Shown here: positions 11,488 to 20,855 of the stretch, in pieces
Position numbering within the stretch: the first letter of the stretch is position 1
Layout of the letters: each line of letters opens with the position of its first letter
NCBI GenBank assembly: GCA_963826115.1
Contig: CAWGVS010000006.1
Coordinates: 608,001 to 672,000, forward strand
DNA length: 64,000 nucleotides
Direction: 5' to 3'
Source: an uncultured Candidatus Rokubacteria bacterium
GTDB lineage: Bacteria > Methylomirabilota > Methylomirabilia > Rokubacteriales > DASRDR01
Position numbers and translations under genes: made by a program
The notes under the pieces: model-generated
Seen by the model: only the letters and a program-made list of their open reading frames with translations
Databases searched by the model: none
Told to the model about the DNA's origin: nothing

Positions 11488-11655
11488 GTGCTCCTCCGTC
11501 GTGGGTCGAGGCGGGCCCGGCGGCCGACGGGACGGGCCGTCCTCGTGCGCGCGGGCGAGGGGCGTCGGCCGGCCGTCAGGGTGGCACGGTTCCCCGTGGC
11601 CGGCAACCGGTCGGCGTCGTCGCGCGCCGGGCGGGCCGGGCCTCTGCCGGATCGC

Positions 11656-13002
11656 CTAGAGTAGCCCTTGCAGATGCTGCTCGATCGCGCGCTTCAGCGA
11701 CTGCCCGGTCGTTTCGTCGCGCGACGCGGCCAACGGCCAGTCGATGGGCCGCCCGAGGCGGGACTCCACCGTCGCCCGCTGCGCCGGATCTCTCATGCCC
11801 GCGCGGACCAGGAAGTCCGTCATGGGGCCGTGTCGCATGGCTGCACGCGCCTCCTCCCTGCTGCGGAGGCTCGTCACCGGCGACAGCGTCACCTCTCGTT
11901 CGTCCAAGGGTGGGAACCGGAACGCCGCTCGGGGTGGCGGCTGGTTCGCGGTGATCTTCGTCATCTCGATGGCAAACTGACTGTCGAAATCCATGACGCG
12001 AAGCCACGAGTACGCGACCGGCTTGGCCGGATCGACGACGGCCTCGAGTTGTCTGCCTCCCGCGGCCGCCCCCGAGAGCAGGAATCGCTGCCCTCCCAGG
12101 CTCCGGACCGACTGCCGCCACCCCGGGCCGCCCACCAGCGAGGTCAGCGTCAGCCGCACGCCCGCCTCGGCGCTCCCCGCGCTCAACAGTTCGGCCCCAT
12201 GGTGCAGTTGGGTCTCGGTCACCTCGACGCGGACTTCCCAATCCCCGTGCCACAGGCTCGGCCCGTCGAGGGGGTTGTACGTCAGGATCCGATCCCCGAT
12301 CCCGACGAACGCAGGAACCCCGTCATGGAGGATGACGCAAGCCCGGTCGGAGGGTGCCTCGACCCAGCACCACACGGCGACCGGGAACTGCGTCGGCTCC
12401 TTCCCGATCAGGGTCCGAGCCGCGAACGCGAAGGACCGGAGCGTCGTCCGGTGCGAGTCGAGGTCGGGGGCGAGTCCCACCAGCCGCTCGGCCAGGTCGT
12501 CTCTGCGCTGGCGATACTCTCGGCTGAAGTTCTGAGCGAGACGACTCCGCGTCGTCTCGTCAGCCTCGGCCACGACCCGGTCGATCGGTCGCCCGGTCAC
12601 GGGGTGAAACAGCCACTGGAGGTCGTCGTCGAGGAGGAACAGAGAGCACGTGCCCCTGGTGTTCGCCGCTTGATCGCGCTGGCACCTGCCCATGGCCGCG
12701 GCTCCGGCGGACTCTCGGGACGTCTGGCTGTGCGCGATGAAGTAGGGTCCCGCGGAGTTCCAGGCCCACGCGCGATGCCGTGGGAACGCGAAGTACTGGT
12801 CAAGGGCTCGCTCCGCGTCATCCGCCGAGAACATGGGGAGCGCGAGGCCGCCCGGTGGCCGCATGGCTCTCGGATCCGACTGTGTCGCGCAGCTGGCGGC
12901 CACGAGGAGGCACGCGCTCGCGAGCGCCGCGGCCAGAGGCCTCGAATGAGGCCGATCGGTGAGGGGAGTGTTGTCCCGGGACCGGGCCCGCCTACCGGAC
13001 AA
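11656..13002 (-). CDS. hypothetical lipoprotein (N-terminal DUF4189-like Cys-pair domain)
   Basis: Lipobox-like LVAASC; AWA...AMGRC...C pattern; start uncertain; visibly more A/T-ending codons than neighbours. Confidence 0.6.
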   Translation of the reverse strand: MSGRRARSRDNTPLTDRPHSRPLAAALASACLLVAASCATQSDPRAMRPPGGLALPMFSADDAERALDQYFAFPRHRAWAWNSAGPYFIAHSQTSRESAGAAAMGRCQRDQAANTRGTCSLFLLDDDLQWLFHPVTGRPIDRVVAEADETTRSRLAQNFSREYRQRRDDLAERLVGLAPDLDSHRTTLRSFAFAARTLIGKEPTQFPVAVWCWVEAPSDRACVILHDGVPAFVGIGDRILTYNPLDGPSLWHGDWEVRVEVTETQLHHGAELLSAGSAEAGVRLTLTSLVGGPGWRQSVRSLGGQRFLLSGAAAGGRQLEAVVDPAKPVAYSWLRVMDFDSQFAIEMTKITANQPPPRAAFRFPPLDEREVTLSPVTSLRSREEARAAMRHGPMTDFLVRAGMRDPAQRATVESRLGRPIDWPLAASRDETTGQSLKRAIEQHLQGLL

Positions 13003-14023
13003 ATGTCGCCTGCCGCGCGGTCTCGATCGAGCGAAGGACGTCGTCGGGCTCGAAGACCCGGTGGGCGAGGAGCAGCTCGAGCTCGTGGCGGAGCGTCGTT
13101 CCGAGGAGGTACGTGCCGTCGGTGTTGACCGTCGTCCGCACGCCCGCGTCGCGGAGCGTCTGGTAGACCTCGCGGAGGTCGTCCCACCCGGCGACCGCGC
13201 GGGTCCGGAGGTTCGACGAGGGGCAGAGCTCGAGCACCGTGCCCTCGCCGCTCAGCCGTCGCATGAGCTCCTTGTTCCGGGCCGCGGCGATCCCGTGGCC
13301 GATGCGGTCGGGCTGGAGCTTCTCGAGGACGGCGAAGACGCCGTCGGCCCCGGTGTGCGAGGTCTCGCCGGTGTGGATGGTCGTGCCGAGCCCGGCGGCG
13401 CGCGCCCGCGCGAACAAGTCGTGGTAGCGGTCGACGTCGCCGCCGAACTCGAGGGTGTGCTGCTCGGGGCCGGCCAGGTCGATGCCGACCACGCCGTGGT
13501 CCCGGTAGCGCTCGGCCTTCCGCACGATGATGTCGTTCAGCTCGTAGTCGAACTCGCGGGCGAGACAGAAGATCAGCCCGGCGCGGACGCCGTAGGCGAG
13601 GCACGCGCGCTCCATCCCGTGGATGGCGGCGATGATGATGTGGTCGAGGTCCCGCTCGCCGCCCAGGTTCCGCTTCATGGGATTGAACCGGAGCTCGATG
13701 AGCGAGACGCGAGACGAGCGGTACTCCTTGCCGATGATCGAGTAGACCGAGCGCTCGATCGCCGCGGGCGACGACTGGATGCGCTCGGTCCAGCGGTGGA
13801 GGATCTCGAGGTAGGTGTCGAGCGACTGGACGCGCTCGGGGTCGGCGTACACGAGGTCGCGGAACTCCGGGTAGGTCCGGACCGGCAGCTTGAACCCGTG
13901 GTCGTGGGCGATCTCCCAGAGCACGTGGGGCGCGACCGCGGCGCCCACGTGGATGTGGAGGTCGACGAGCTCGCTGGCGTCGAGAAGCTGCCGGCCCGCG
14001 TCGGGGACGCGCGGCTCGCTCAC
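12992..14023 (-). CDS. add: adenosine/adenine deaminase family
   Basis: DLHIH, GIDLAG, HTGE, DRIGHG, ELCPSSN, NTDG motifs. Confidence 0.88.
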   Translation of the reverse strand: MSEPRVPDAGRQLLDASELVDLHIHVGAAVAPHVLWEIAHDHGFKLPVRTYPEFRDLVYADPERVQSLDTYLEILHRWTERIQSSPAAIERSVYSIIGKEYRSSRVSLIELRFNPMKRNLGGERDLDHIIIAAIHGMERACLAYGVRAGLIFCLAREFDYELNDIIVRKAERYRDHGVVGIDLAGPEQHTLEFGGDVDRYHDLFARARAAGLGTTIHTGETSHTGADGVFAVLEKLQPDRIGHGIAAARNKELMRRLSGEGTVLELCPSSNLRTRAVAGWDDLREVYQTLRDAGVRTTVNTDGTYLLGTTLRHELELLLAHRVFEPDDVLRSIETARQATFVR

Positions 14024-14063
14024 CGCGCGCTCCGGTCGGCCGCGCGGTCCGCGGGCTCCGCGC

Positions 14064-15158
14064 TCATCCGCCGACCCGGTAGGCGCGCGCCTCGGCGGCG
14101 ATCTTCTCGGGGTCGAAGCGGTTGATCTCGTCGATCAGCTCGTTGGTCACGAGCTCCTGCGCCGTCACCGCCTGCTTGATGATCGCGGTCTTCAGCATGA
14201 AGTCGGCGTAGGCCTGGTAGTTCGCCTCGGAGTTCTCGCCCCAGCGCTTGACCCCGGCCTTCTCGAGCTTCCAGTTCTGGGCGCGCGCCTGGAGCACCTT
14301 GGCGTCGTCGCGGAGCGCCGTCGCCTCGTCCTTCCCGGTGGGCTTGGTCGCCGGGAAGACGTCCCAGAGGATCCGGATGGCGGCCTCGGGGTTGGCGATG
14401 GCGAACACCGTCCCCTTCGCGTAGCTCCGCGCGAGCGCCACCGCCTCCTTGCGCCGCGCGCGCAGCGTCTCCTCGAGCGCGAGGAAGCCGTTCGACGGGA
14501 AGCGGTCGATCGCCCGCGTGTCGAGGAGCCGGAGCTTCACGCCGGCGTTCTCGACCATGGCGTACTGAGTGTCGAACTGGCTCAGCGCGTCGACCTGGCC
14601 CCCGCGGACCATGGCCGCGGTCTGGGCGCCCTCGCCGGCCACGACGATGTTGACGTCCGTGTCCGGGTTGAGCCCGATCATGCGCACGAGCTCCCGGGCG
14701 ACGAGCACGCCCCCCGATCCCATCGAGATCACCCCGATGCGCTTGCCGCGGAGGTCCCCGAGCTCCTTGACCGGGCTGTCCTGCGGCACGGCGATCCCGT
14801 AGATGTTCCCCTGGTAGGCGGTGTAGAAGATCTGCGCCTTGATGCCCTGCGGGCGGCCGATGGCCAGCGGCTCCACGCTCGGCAGGGAGAAGTCGACCTC
14901 GCGCACCGCCACGTTCTTCACGCAGTCCGTCGACCCGGGCATCGGCACCAGCTCGACGTCGATGCCCTCTTGCTTGAGCCAGCCGAGCTTGGCGGCGATC
15001 GCGAACGGCGCGGCGGCCGCCGACACCGTGCGCGCGCACCAGCCCACCTTGAGCTTCGTCAGCTGGGCGCTCGCCGGCCCCGTGAGCGCCGCGACGCCGA
15101 GCAGCAGGGAGACGGCCGCGGCCAGGGCGACGACGCGGCGGGAGCGGGACCTCACCAT
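14064..15158 (-). CDS. ABC transporter substrate-binding protein (NMT1/THI5/SsuA-like)
   Basis: Signal peptide; DLRGKRIGV, NPEAA motifs; AAGGAGG RBS before ATG 15158. Confidence 0.9.
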   Translation of the reverse strand: MVRSRSRRVVALAAAVSLLLGVAALTGPASAQLTKLKVGWCARTVSAAAAPFAIAAKLGWLKQEGIDVELVPMPGSTDCVKNVAVREVDFSLPSVEPLAIGRPQGIKAQIFYTAYQGNIYGIAVPQDSPVKELGDLRGKRIGVISMGSGGVLVARELVRMIGLNPDTDVNIVVAGEGAQTAAMVRGGQVDALSQFDTQYAMVENAGVKLRLLDTRAIDRFPSNGFLALEETLRARRKEAVALARSYAKGTVFAIANPEAAIRILWDVFPATKPTGKDEATALRDDAKVLQARAQNWKLEKAGVKRWGENSEANYQAYADFMLKTAIIKQAVTAQELVTNELIDEINRFDPEKIAAEARAYRVGG

Positions 15159-16012
15159 GCGGTGACCTCCTTCTTGGCGGCGCGCGGGTCGCGCGCGAGC
15201 GACGGGGGCACGGGGGCGTCCTCTTCGGCGCGCTCGGGGGCGGCCTTCTCCGACGGGTCCCAGAAGAGCACCCGCCGGCGGACCAGCTGGATCGCCCGGC
15301 TGAGCCCGAGGCCGACGAACGAGAGCACCAGCAGCACCGAGAACTGGCCCGAGACGTCCATCGTGAAGTTCATGCTCTGGATGAGCATGCCGAGCCCGGC
15401 GGTCGCCCCGACGAACTCGCCGACGATCGCGCCGATCAGCGCGAAGATCATCGCGATGTCGAGGCCGGCCATCACGAACGGCAGCGCGTTGGGGAGCCGC
15501 AGCATCCAGAAGATCTGGCGGTCGCTGGCCGCGAGCGAGCGCATGAGGCTCACCCGGTCCTCGTCGGCCGAGCGGAGCCCGACCATCGTGTTGACGAGCA
15601 GCGGGAAGAAGGCGACCAGCGCCGCGTTGACGACCTTCGACATGAGCCCGAGGCCGAACCAGATGACGATGAGCGGCGCGAGCGCGATCTTCGGCAAGGA
15701 CTGGAACATGACGATGTACGGGTAGAGGAAGTACTCGACCCACCGGCTCATGGCGACGGCGGTGCCGAGCCCGAAGCCGAGAGCCGAGCCGACCAGGAAG
15801 CCGAGGAGCGTCTCGGTCAGCGTGTACCAGAGGTGCTTCAGGTAGAGCCCGCTCGCGAGGCCGCGCCAGAGCGCCACCGCCACCGCGGAGGGCGCGGGCA
15901 GGATGAACGGCGGGACCTGGAACCAGCGGACGGCGCCCTCCCAGAGCGCCATGGACCCGAAGAAGAAGACGGCGGTGAGGGCCAGGCTCCGGCCGCGGCC
16001 CATGCCCGTCAT
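15152..16012 (-). CDS. ABC transporter permease (NitT/TauT family)
   Basis: ILPAPSAV, PKIALAPLIVIWFG, LPNALP, GAIVGEF motifs. Confidence 0.92.
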   Translation of the reverse strand: MTGMGRGRSLALTAVFFFGSMALWEGAVRWFQVPPFILPAPSAVAVALWRGLASGLYLKHLWYTLTETLLGFLVGSALGFGLGTAVAMSRWVEYFLYPYIVMFQSLPKIALAPLIVIWFGLGLMSKVVNAALVAFFPLLVNTMVGLRSADEDRVSLMRSLAASDRQIFWMLRLPNALPFVMAGLDIAMIFALIGAIVGEFVGATAGLGMLIQSMNFTMDVSGQFSVLLVLSFVGLGLSRAIQLVRRRVLFWDPSEKAAPERAEEDAPVPPSLARDPRAAKKEVTAW

Positions 16013-16040
16013 CCGTCCACTCGCCCGGACGCTGCGGCGC

Positions 16041-16877
16041 TCATCCCGTGTAGTGCTCGTACCAGTCCTGGCGCGCGCGGAAGTCGTCCGGGTACACCGT
16101 GACCTTCTCCGGCGCGAACTCGAAATCCTCGCCCTCGCGCGCAATCGTCTCGACAAGGGGCCAGGCGTCGAAGCGATGACCGCTGTAGCGCCCCGGCGGC
16201 TGGGCGGCGAGCCAGACCCAGGCGCCGCCGAGACGGACCGGATCCGTCCAGGTCGAGCGGACCTCGGCCGGCGCCCGGTCGTGCTCCGCCCAGGTCACCC
16301 GCGTCGGCTTGATGCGGGCGCCCGGCCCGATCGTGTTGAGCGCGATGTTGTGCTCCCGCGCCTCGAGGGAGAGCGCTTTCACGAAGCCCTCGACGCCGTG
16401 CTTGACCGCGCAGTACGCGATCTCCTCCAGGTAGCCGCGCACACTCGAGCCGCTGGCGATGCCGATGACGTGGCCGCCGCCCTGGGCCTTCATCCGGGGC
16501 CAGGCGGCGCGCGCGCAGTTGAACATCCCGCCGAGGCCGACGGCGATCTGGCGGGACCACTCGGCATGGGTGGTCGCCTCGAAGGTGATGAGCGGCATGT
16601 AGATCGCGTTGTGCACCACGACATCGAGGCGACCCCAGCGGCCGACGATCCGCTCCACGACGCCCTCGCACTGGACGAGGTCGGCCGCGTCGGAACGGCA
16701 TTCGAGGAACTCCGTCCCGTCGGCGGCGAGGTCCCGCCCGCAGCGCTCGAGCTCCGCGTCGTCGAGGTCCGTCACGCAGACCCGGGCCCCCGCGAGGCCG
16801 AAGGCGCGGGCGATGCCCCAGCCGAGACCGCGCGCCGCGCCGGTGACGAGGGCCACGGTGCCGGGGCGGAGCTTCAC
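16041..16877 (-). CDS. SDR-family oxidoreductase
   Basis: TGAARGLG, HNA, YCAVK. Confidence 0.88.
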   Translation of the reverse strand: MKLRPGTVALVTGAARGLGWGIARAFGLAGARVCVTDLDDAELERCGRDLAADGTEFLECRSDAADLVQCEGVVERIVGRWGRLDVVVHNAIYMPLITFEATTHAEWSRQIAVGLGGMFNCARAAWPRMKAQGGGHVIGIASGSSVRGYLEEIAYCAVKHGVEGFVKALSLEAREHNIALNTIGPGARIKPTRVTWAEHDRAPAEVRSTWTDPVRLGGAWVWLAAQPPGRYSGHRFDAWPLVETIAREGEDFEFAPEKVTVYPDDFRARQDWYEHYTG

Positions 16878-16881
16878 CGCG

Positions 16882-17706
16882 TTACCCGTCCAGTCGCCCG
16901 GCCGTCGCGAAGCGCCGGCGGATGTTCCGGACGTGCTCGCCGAAGGCGGGCGTGCTCATGACGTCGAGCGGCCGCGGGTGCGGGAGGTCCACCCGGATGT
17001 CCTCGAGGATCCGCCCGGGGCGCGGGCTCATGACGAGGACGCGGTCCCCCAGGAACACGGCCTCGGGGATCGAGTGCGTGATGAAGACCACCGTCTTCTT
17101 CCGCTCGAGCCAGATCCGCTGGAGCTCGACGTTCATCTGCTCGCGGGTCATGGCGTCGAGCGCCCCGAACGGCTCGTCCATGAGGAGCATCGCGGGATCG
17201 TGGACGAGGGCGCGCGTCAGCGCGACGCGCTGCTGCATCCCGCCCGACAGCTCCCAGGGGTAGCGGCGCTCGAAGCCCGCGAGGCCGACGAGGGCCAGGA
17301 GGTCGAGCGCCGTCTGCCGGTGGCGCTCGCGGGGAAGGCGCTGGACGTCGATCGGGAGGAGCACGTTGTCGAGCACGGTCCGCCACGGGAAGAGGACCGG
17401 GGACTGGAAGACGACGCCGATGTCCTGACGCGGGCCGGTGATCGGCGTGCCGCGAAGCCGGGCGTCCCCGTGCGACGGGGCCATGAGCCCGGCGAGGATC
17501 TTGAGGAGCGTGGTCTTCCCGCAGCCGGAGGGGCCGACCACGGCCACGAAGTCGCCCTCGCCGACGCCGAAGCTGATGCCCTCGAGCGCCGCGACGACGC
17601 CGTCGCGGGTCGCGTAGCGCTTGGAGAGGTCCCTGACGGCGATCGCGTCCGCGTGCGAGATGGGCCGCTCGCCTCCGCCGGATCGGTGTGGCGCCACTGG
17701 CGGCAA
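16882..17706 (-). CDS. ABC transporter ATP-binding protein (NitT/TauT family)
   Basis: GPSGCGKT, LSGGMQQR, LLMDEPFGALD, ITH. Confidence 0.95.
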   Translation of the reverse strand: MPPVAPHRSGGGERPISHADAIAVRDLSKRYATRDGVVAALEGISFGVGEGDFVAVVGPSGCGKTTLLKILAGLMAPSHGDARLRGTPITGPRQDIGVVFQSPVLFPWRTVLDNVLLPIDVQRLPRERHRQTALDLLALVGLAGFERRYPWELSGGMQQRVALTRALVHDPAMLLMDEPFGALDAMTREQMNVELQRIWLERKKTVVFITHSIPEAVFLGDRVLVMSPRPGRILEDIRVDLPHPRPLDVMSTPAFGEHVRNIRRRFATAGRLDG

Positions 17707-17714
17707 GTGCGGGG

Positions 17715-17720
17715 ATTATA
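17715..17720 (-). promoter_or_regulatory. -10 box TATAAT, probably leaderless, ABC operon
   Basis: Perfect TATAAT 8 nt before TTG start 17706; no SD. Confidence 0.6.
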
Positions 17721-17735
17721 CCGCACCCCCCAGGG

Positions 17736-17741
17736 TATACT
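17736..17741 (+). promoter_or_regulatory. -10 box TATACT, probably leaderless, CPBP gene
   Basis: TATACT 8 nt before ATG 17750; no SD. Confidence 0.6.
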
Positions 17742-17749
17742 GCCGCCGC

Positions 17750-19183
17750 ATGTCCGTGGAGCCCGCGGGAGAGGCGCCGGTCCAGCCGGGCGACGGGCCG
17801 CCCCGCCTGAACCCGTGGGTCACGGGCGTCGCGCTCGTCCTCCTCGCGGCCCTGGCCGTCCTCCTCTTCTGGCCTGCCCACGGGCTCGACACTCTCGACC
17901 ATCCGGAGGAGTCGCTCGAGCGCGTCGTCTCGCGCGACATGGACTTCCGGGCGGCCGCCGTCGCGGCGCCCGCCTGGGAGCGCCGGCTCTTCGCGCTGGC
18001 GTTCTCCCCCGACGCGGCCGCGCGGGCCGACGCCATCGCCTGGTACGAGGAGCTCGCCGGGACGGACGTGTCGCCGCTCGTCCAGCTCAACCGGATCGTC
18101 CTGCTCGTCGAGGACGGCCAGGCGGAGGCCGCCCGCGCCGCGCTGTCCGCGTGGGCGCCGACGGACGACTGGGGCCGGCGGCTCGGCCAGTGGGCGCACG
18201 CCGCGTACGGCGCGGAGCCCCCGCCGCCCGAGGAGCTCCGCGCCGCGCTCGACGCGACGCGCCGGGACCTGCCGCCCGGCTGGTTCGCCGACCGCCTCAC
18301 GGTCCGGCTCGCCGAGCGCGGCGGTGACGCCGCGGCGGCCGCCGAGGCGGAGCGCGCGACCCAGCGGCGCGGGGCCCGGCTCGTGTGGCGCCTCCGTGCG
18401 ATCCTGGCGAGCGAGACGCTCCTCGTCGGGCTCGGGCTGGTCGCGCTCGTCGCGTGGCTCGGCGCCCCGGGCGGGCGCGCCGCGCGCGTCGCGGACGCGC
18501 CCGTGCCGCCGGGGTGGCGGCTCGCCGAGGGTGTCGGGCTCTTCGCGCGCGGCGCCGTCGGACTGGTCGGCGTGGCGATCGTGTGGCCGATCCTGCCGGA
18601 CCGCTCGTGGTCGACGCTCGTCGTCTCGGTGCTCCAGACGATCCCGCTCGGGGCCTACCTCTTCTGGTACTGCCGCCGCTCGTGGTCGGTCTTCGCGGAG
18701 ACGTTCGGGCTTGCGGTGGCGCGCGCGCGGTGGCCCACGCTCGCCCGGGCGACCGTCGGCCTCGCCGGCGTGTCGACCCTGGCCGACGTGCTGATCGAGC
18801 TCGGCGGGACGCGGCTCGGCGTCGGGACGCACTGGGCCGACGGCTTCCAGGAGCGCCTCGTCTGGGGCACGCCGGGCCAGGTCTGGGCGGACGTCGTGGA
18901 CAGCTGCGTGTTCGCGCCGGTCCTCGAGGAGATCCTGTTCCGCGGCGTGCTCTACGCGACCCTCCGGCTCCGCCTCGGGCCGGCGCCGGCCACCCTCGCG
19001 AGCGCCACGCTCTTCGCGCTGGCGCACGGTTACGGCGTCGTCGGGTTCGCCTCGGTCCTGGGGAGCGGCATCCTCTGGGCCGTCGCGTACGAGCGGACCC
19101 GCAGCCTCTGGCCCGGCATGCTGGCGCACGCGGCGAGCAACGTCCAGGCGACGGCGATCGTCCTCGCGACCCTCCGCTTCTAG
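17750..19183 (+). CDS. CPBP (CAAX/Abi) intramembrane metalloprotease with N-terminal soluble domain
   Basis: APVLEEILFRG, FALAH, HAASN motifs. Confidence 0.85.
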   Translation: MSVEPAGEAPVQPGDGPPRLNPWVTGVALVLLAALAVLLFWPAHGLDTLDHPEESLERVVSRDMDFRAAAVAAPAWERRLFALAFSPDAAARADAIAWYEELAGTDVSPLVQLNRIVLLVEDGQAEAARAALSAWAPTDDWGRRLGQWAHAAYGAEPPPPEELRAALDATRRDLPPGWFADRLTVRLAERGGDAAAAAEAERATQRRGARLVWRLRAILASETLLVGLGLVALVAWLGAPGGRAARVADAPVPPGWRLAEGVGLFARGAVGLVGVAIVWPILPDRSWSTLVVSVLQTIPLGAYLFWYCRRSWSVFAETFGLAVARARWPTLARATVGLAGVSTLADVLIELGGTRLGVGTHWADGFQERLVWGTPGQVWADVVDSCVFAPVLEEILFRGVLYATLRLRLGPAPATLASATLFALAHGYGVVGFASVLGSGILWAVAYERTRSLWPGMLAHAASNVQATAIVLATLRF

Positions 19184-20853
19184 CCCGGGGCCCCGTCGGT
19201 CTCTCCGCGGGGCCGGCCGCGGCGGGCGATGTGGAGGTGCAGGATCTTGCCGGAGGCCGCCGGGAGCGGCGGCCGCCGCTCCACGCGGACGACCTTTGCG
19301 TCGCTCCACACCGCGCCCATGATGCGCGCGGCCCCCGACCCGGCCCCGATCGCCGCGAGGAACGTCTCGGCGACCTGGGCGGCGTCCAGCGGCCCGACGG
19401 CGGGATGGACGAGGAGCCGCACGACCGGCTCGCCGGTGGCCGTCTCGTCCTCGACGAGCTGGTAGTCGGTGGGACCGCCGCCGAAGCGCTGGGGCAGCGC
19501 GCGCTCCAGCACGCCCACGACGTCCACGTCGTGGAAGGTCATGCCGGCCGCCGTGAGCTTCTCGTGGCTCAGCACGCCCTCGAGGTGGGTCGTCCAGCCG
19601 AGGCGCTCGAGCGGGCAGCCGCACGCCCGCGGGCGGAGCGCGGCCTGGTCGCCCATGGAGAGGTTCAGCATCACGAGCGGGGTGGCCCGCCGGAGCGAGG
19701 TCACCAGGAGCGAGGCGCTGTCCGCCGGCTGCACGATGGCGTGGAGGTCGTGGAAGACGTGCATGTCGTCCGCGGACTCGGGCGCGAGGCATCCCCACGC
19801 CAGCGGCCCCGTCTCCATCGAGCCGTACCGCGCGGTGGCCTGCGCGCCGCTCCGCCGGATCGCCGCCAGCTTGGCGTCGGTCACCGGCTCGCCGGAGACG
19901 GTGAAGCGCGCGCCGCGGAGCTCGATGCCGGCGTCGACCGCGGCCTGGCAGGCGCGGACCGCCGAGCTGGGCAGCGTCCGGATCCACGGCGTGCCGCCGC
20001 GGCGGAGCACCGCGGCCATCCAGCGCGCGACGGGCAGGGGGGCGTCGAGCGGCGCGTGAACGGGACCCGGCAGGGGCGTGCCGGCCACGAGGCTCGCCCC
20101 GCGAACCAGCCGGTGACTCCACCGATAGCGCGGGTGAAGGCCGGGATCGGACGGGTCGACCTGGGTGAACCAGCGCGCGACCCGCGTCCCGAAGCTGCTG
20201 AGCTTCAGCATGCGATAGAGGGCCGCTCCCCCGGGCACGGCCCATGCCGCCTTCACCCAGTCGGACCCGCCGGCCGCGTCGACGGCGAGACACGTGTTGA
20301 CGCCGTGGTCGCGGATGAACGCGAGGTCCATCAGCAAGGTAGTTTCGAGTCCGCGGCTCCCGCTGCTCGCCACGGGGACGTGCCGCGCCGCCAGCGGGTT
20401 CAGCAGCATGCCGGGCTCGGGCTCCACCGTGAGGCTGCCGCGGACGACGGGCCGCCGGCCCTTGGCCTCGTCGACCGTGAGGCGGACTCCCGAGTCCAGG
20501 AGCTGCCGGAGCGCCGCCTCCAGACCGTCCCGGCGGACGAGGCGCTCGAGGTCGCCGAGCTCGCAGCCCGCGTGACGCAAGAGCCGGAGGTAGACGCTGG
20601 CCGGGTAGCCGTAGATCGCGTCGCGCGCGAGCGCGAGGAAGTCCGCTTCCCGGCGCTCGAGCCGCCGCGCGAGCTCCCGCCGCGCGTCACTCAGGGTGAG
20701 CGGCCGGCGGAGGAAGCGCGCGACGGGTCCCGCGAGCCCCGCGGCGACGCGCAGGTCGTATCCGATCCCGTGGCGGCCGAGTGGGTGGCGCAGCGCTCCC
20801 TCCGACCCCGGGCGTGGACCAGCAGGGGACCACGGCGACCGGGCCCCCGTCAA
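19180..20853 (-). CDS. PaaK/CapK-like adenylate-forming enzyme, paralogue A
   Basis: SSGSRG P-loop-like, SGEP, YGSMETG, MGD, RACGC, terminal SGKILH; start uncertain. Confidence 0.7.
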   Translation of the reverse strand: MTGARSPWSPAGPRPGSEGALRHPLGRHGIGYDLRVAAGLAGPVARFLRRPLTLSDARRELARRLERREADFLALARDAIYGYPASVYLRLLRHAGCELGDLERLVRRDGLEAALRQLLDSGVRLTVDEAKGRRPVVRGSLTVEPEPGMLLNPLAARHVPVASSGSRGLETTLLMDLAFIRDHGVNTCLAVDAAGGSDWVKAAWAVPGGAALYRMLKLSSFGTRVARWFTQVDPSDPGLHPRYRWSHRLVRGASLVAGTPLPGPVHAPLDAPLPVARWMAAVLRRGGTPWIRTLPSSAVRACQAAVDAGIELRGARFTVSGEPVTDAKLAAIRRSGAQATARYGSMETGPLAWGCLAPESADDMHVFHDLHAIVQPADSASLLVTSLRRATPLVMLNLSMGDQAALRPRACGCPLERLGWTTHLEGVLSHEKLTAAGMTFHDVDVVGVLERALPQRFGGGPTDYQLVEDETATGEPVVRLLVHPAVGPLDAAQVAETFLAAIGAGSGAARIMGAVWSDAKVVRVERRPPLPAASGKILHLHIARRGRPRGETDGAPG

Positions 20854-20855
20854 CC

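Noticed and set aside
11582-11597. TGGCACG as a sigma54 promoter
   Set aside because: No -12 GC/TTGC element at the right spacing and no plausible downstream gene
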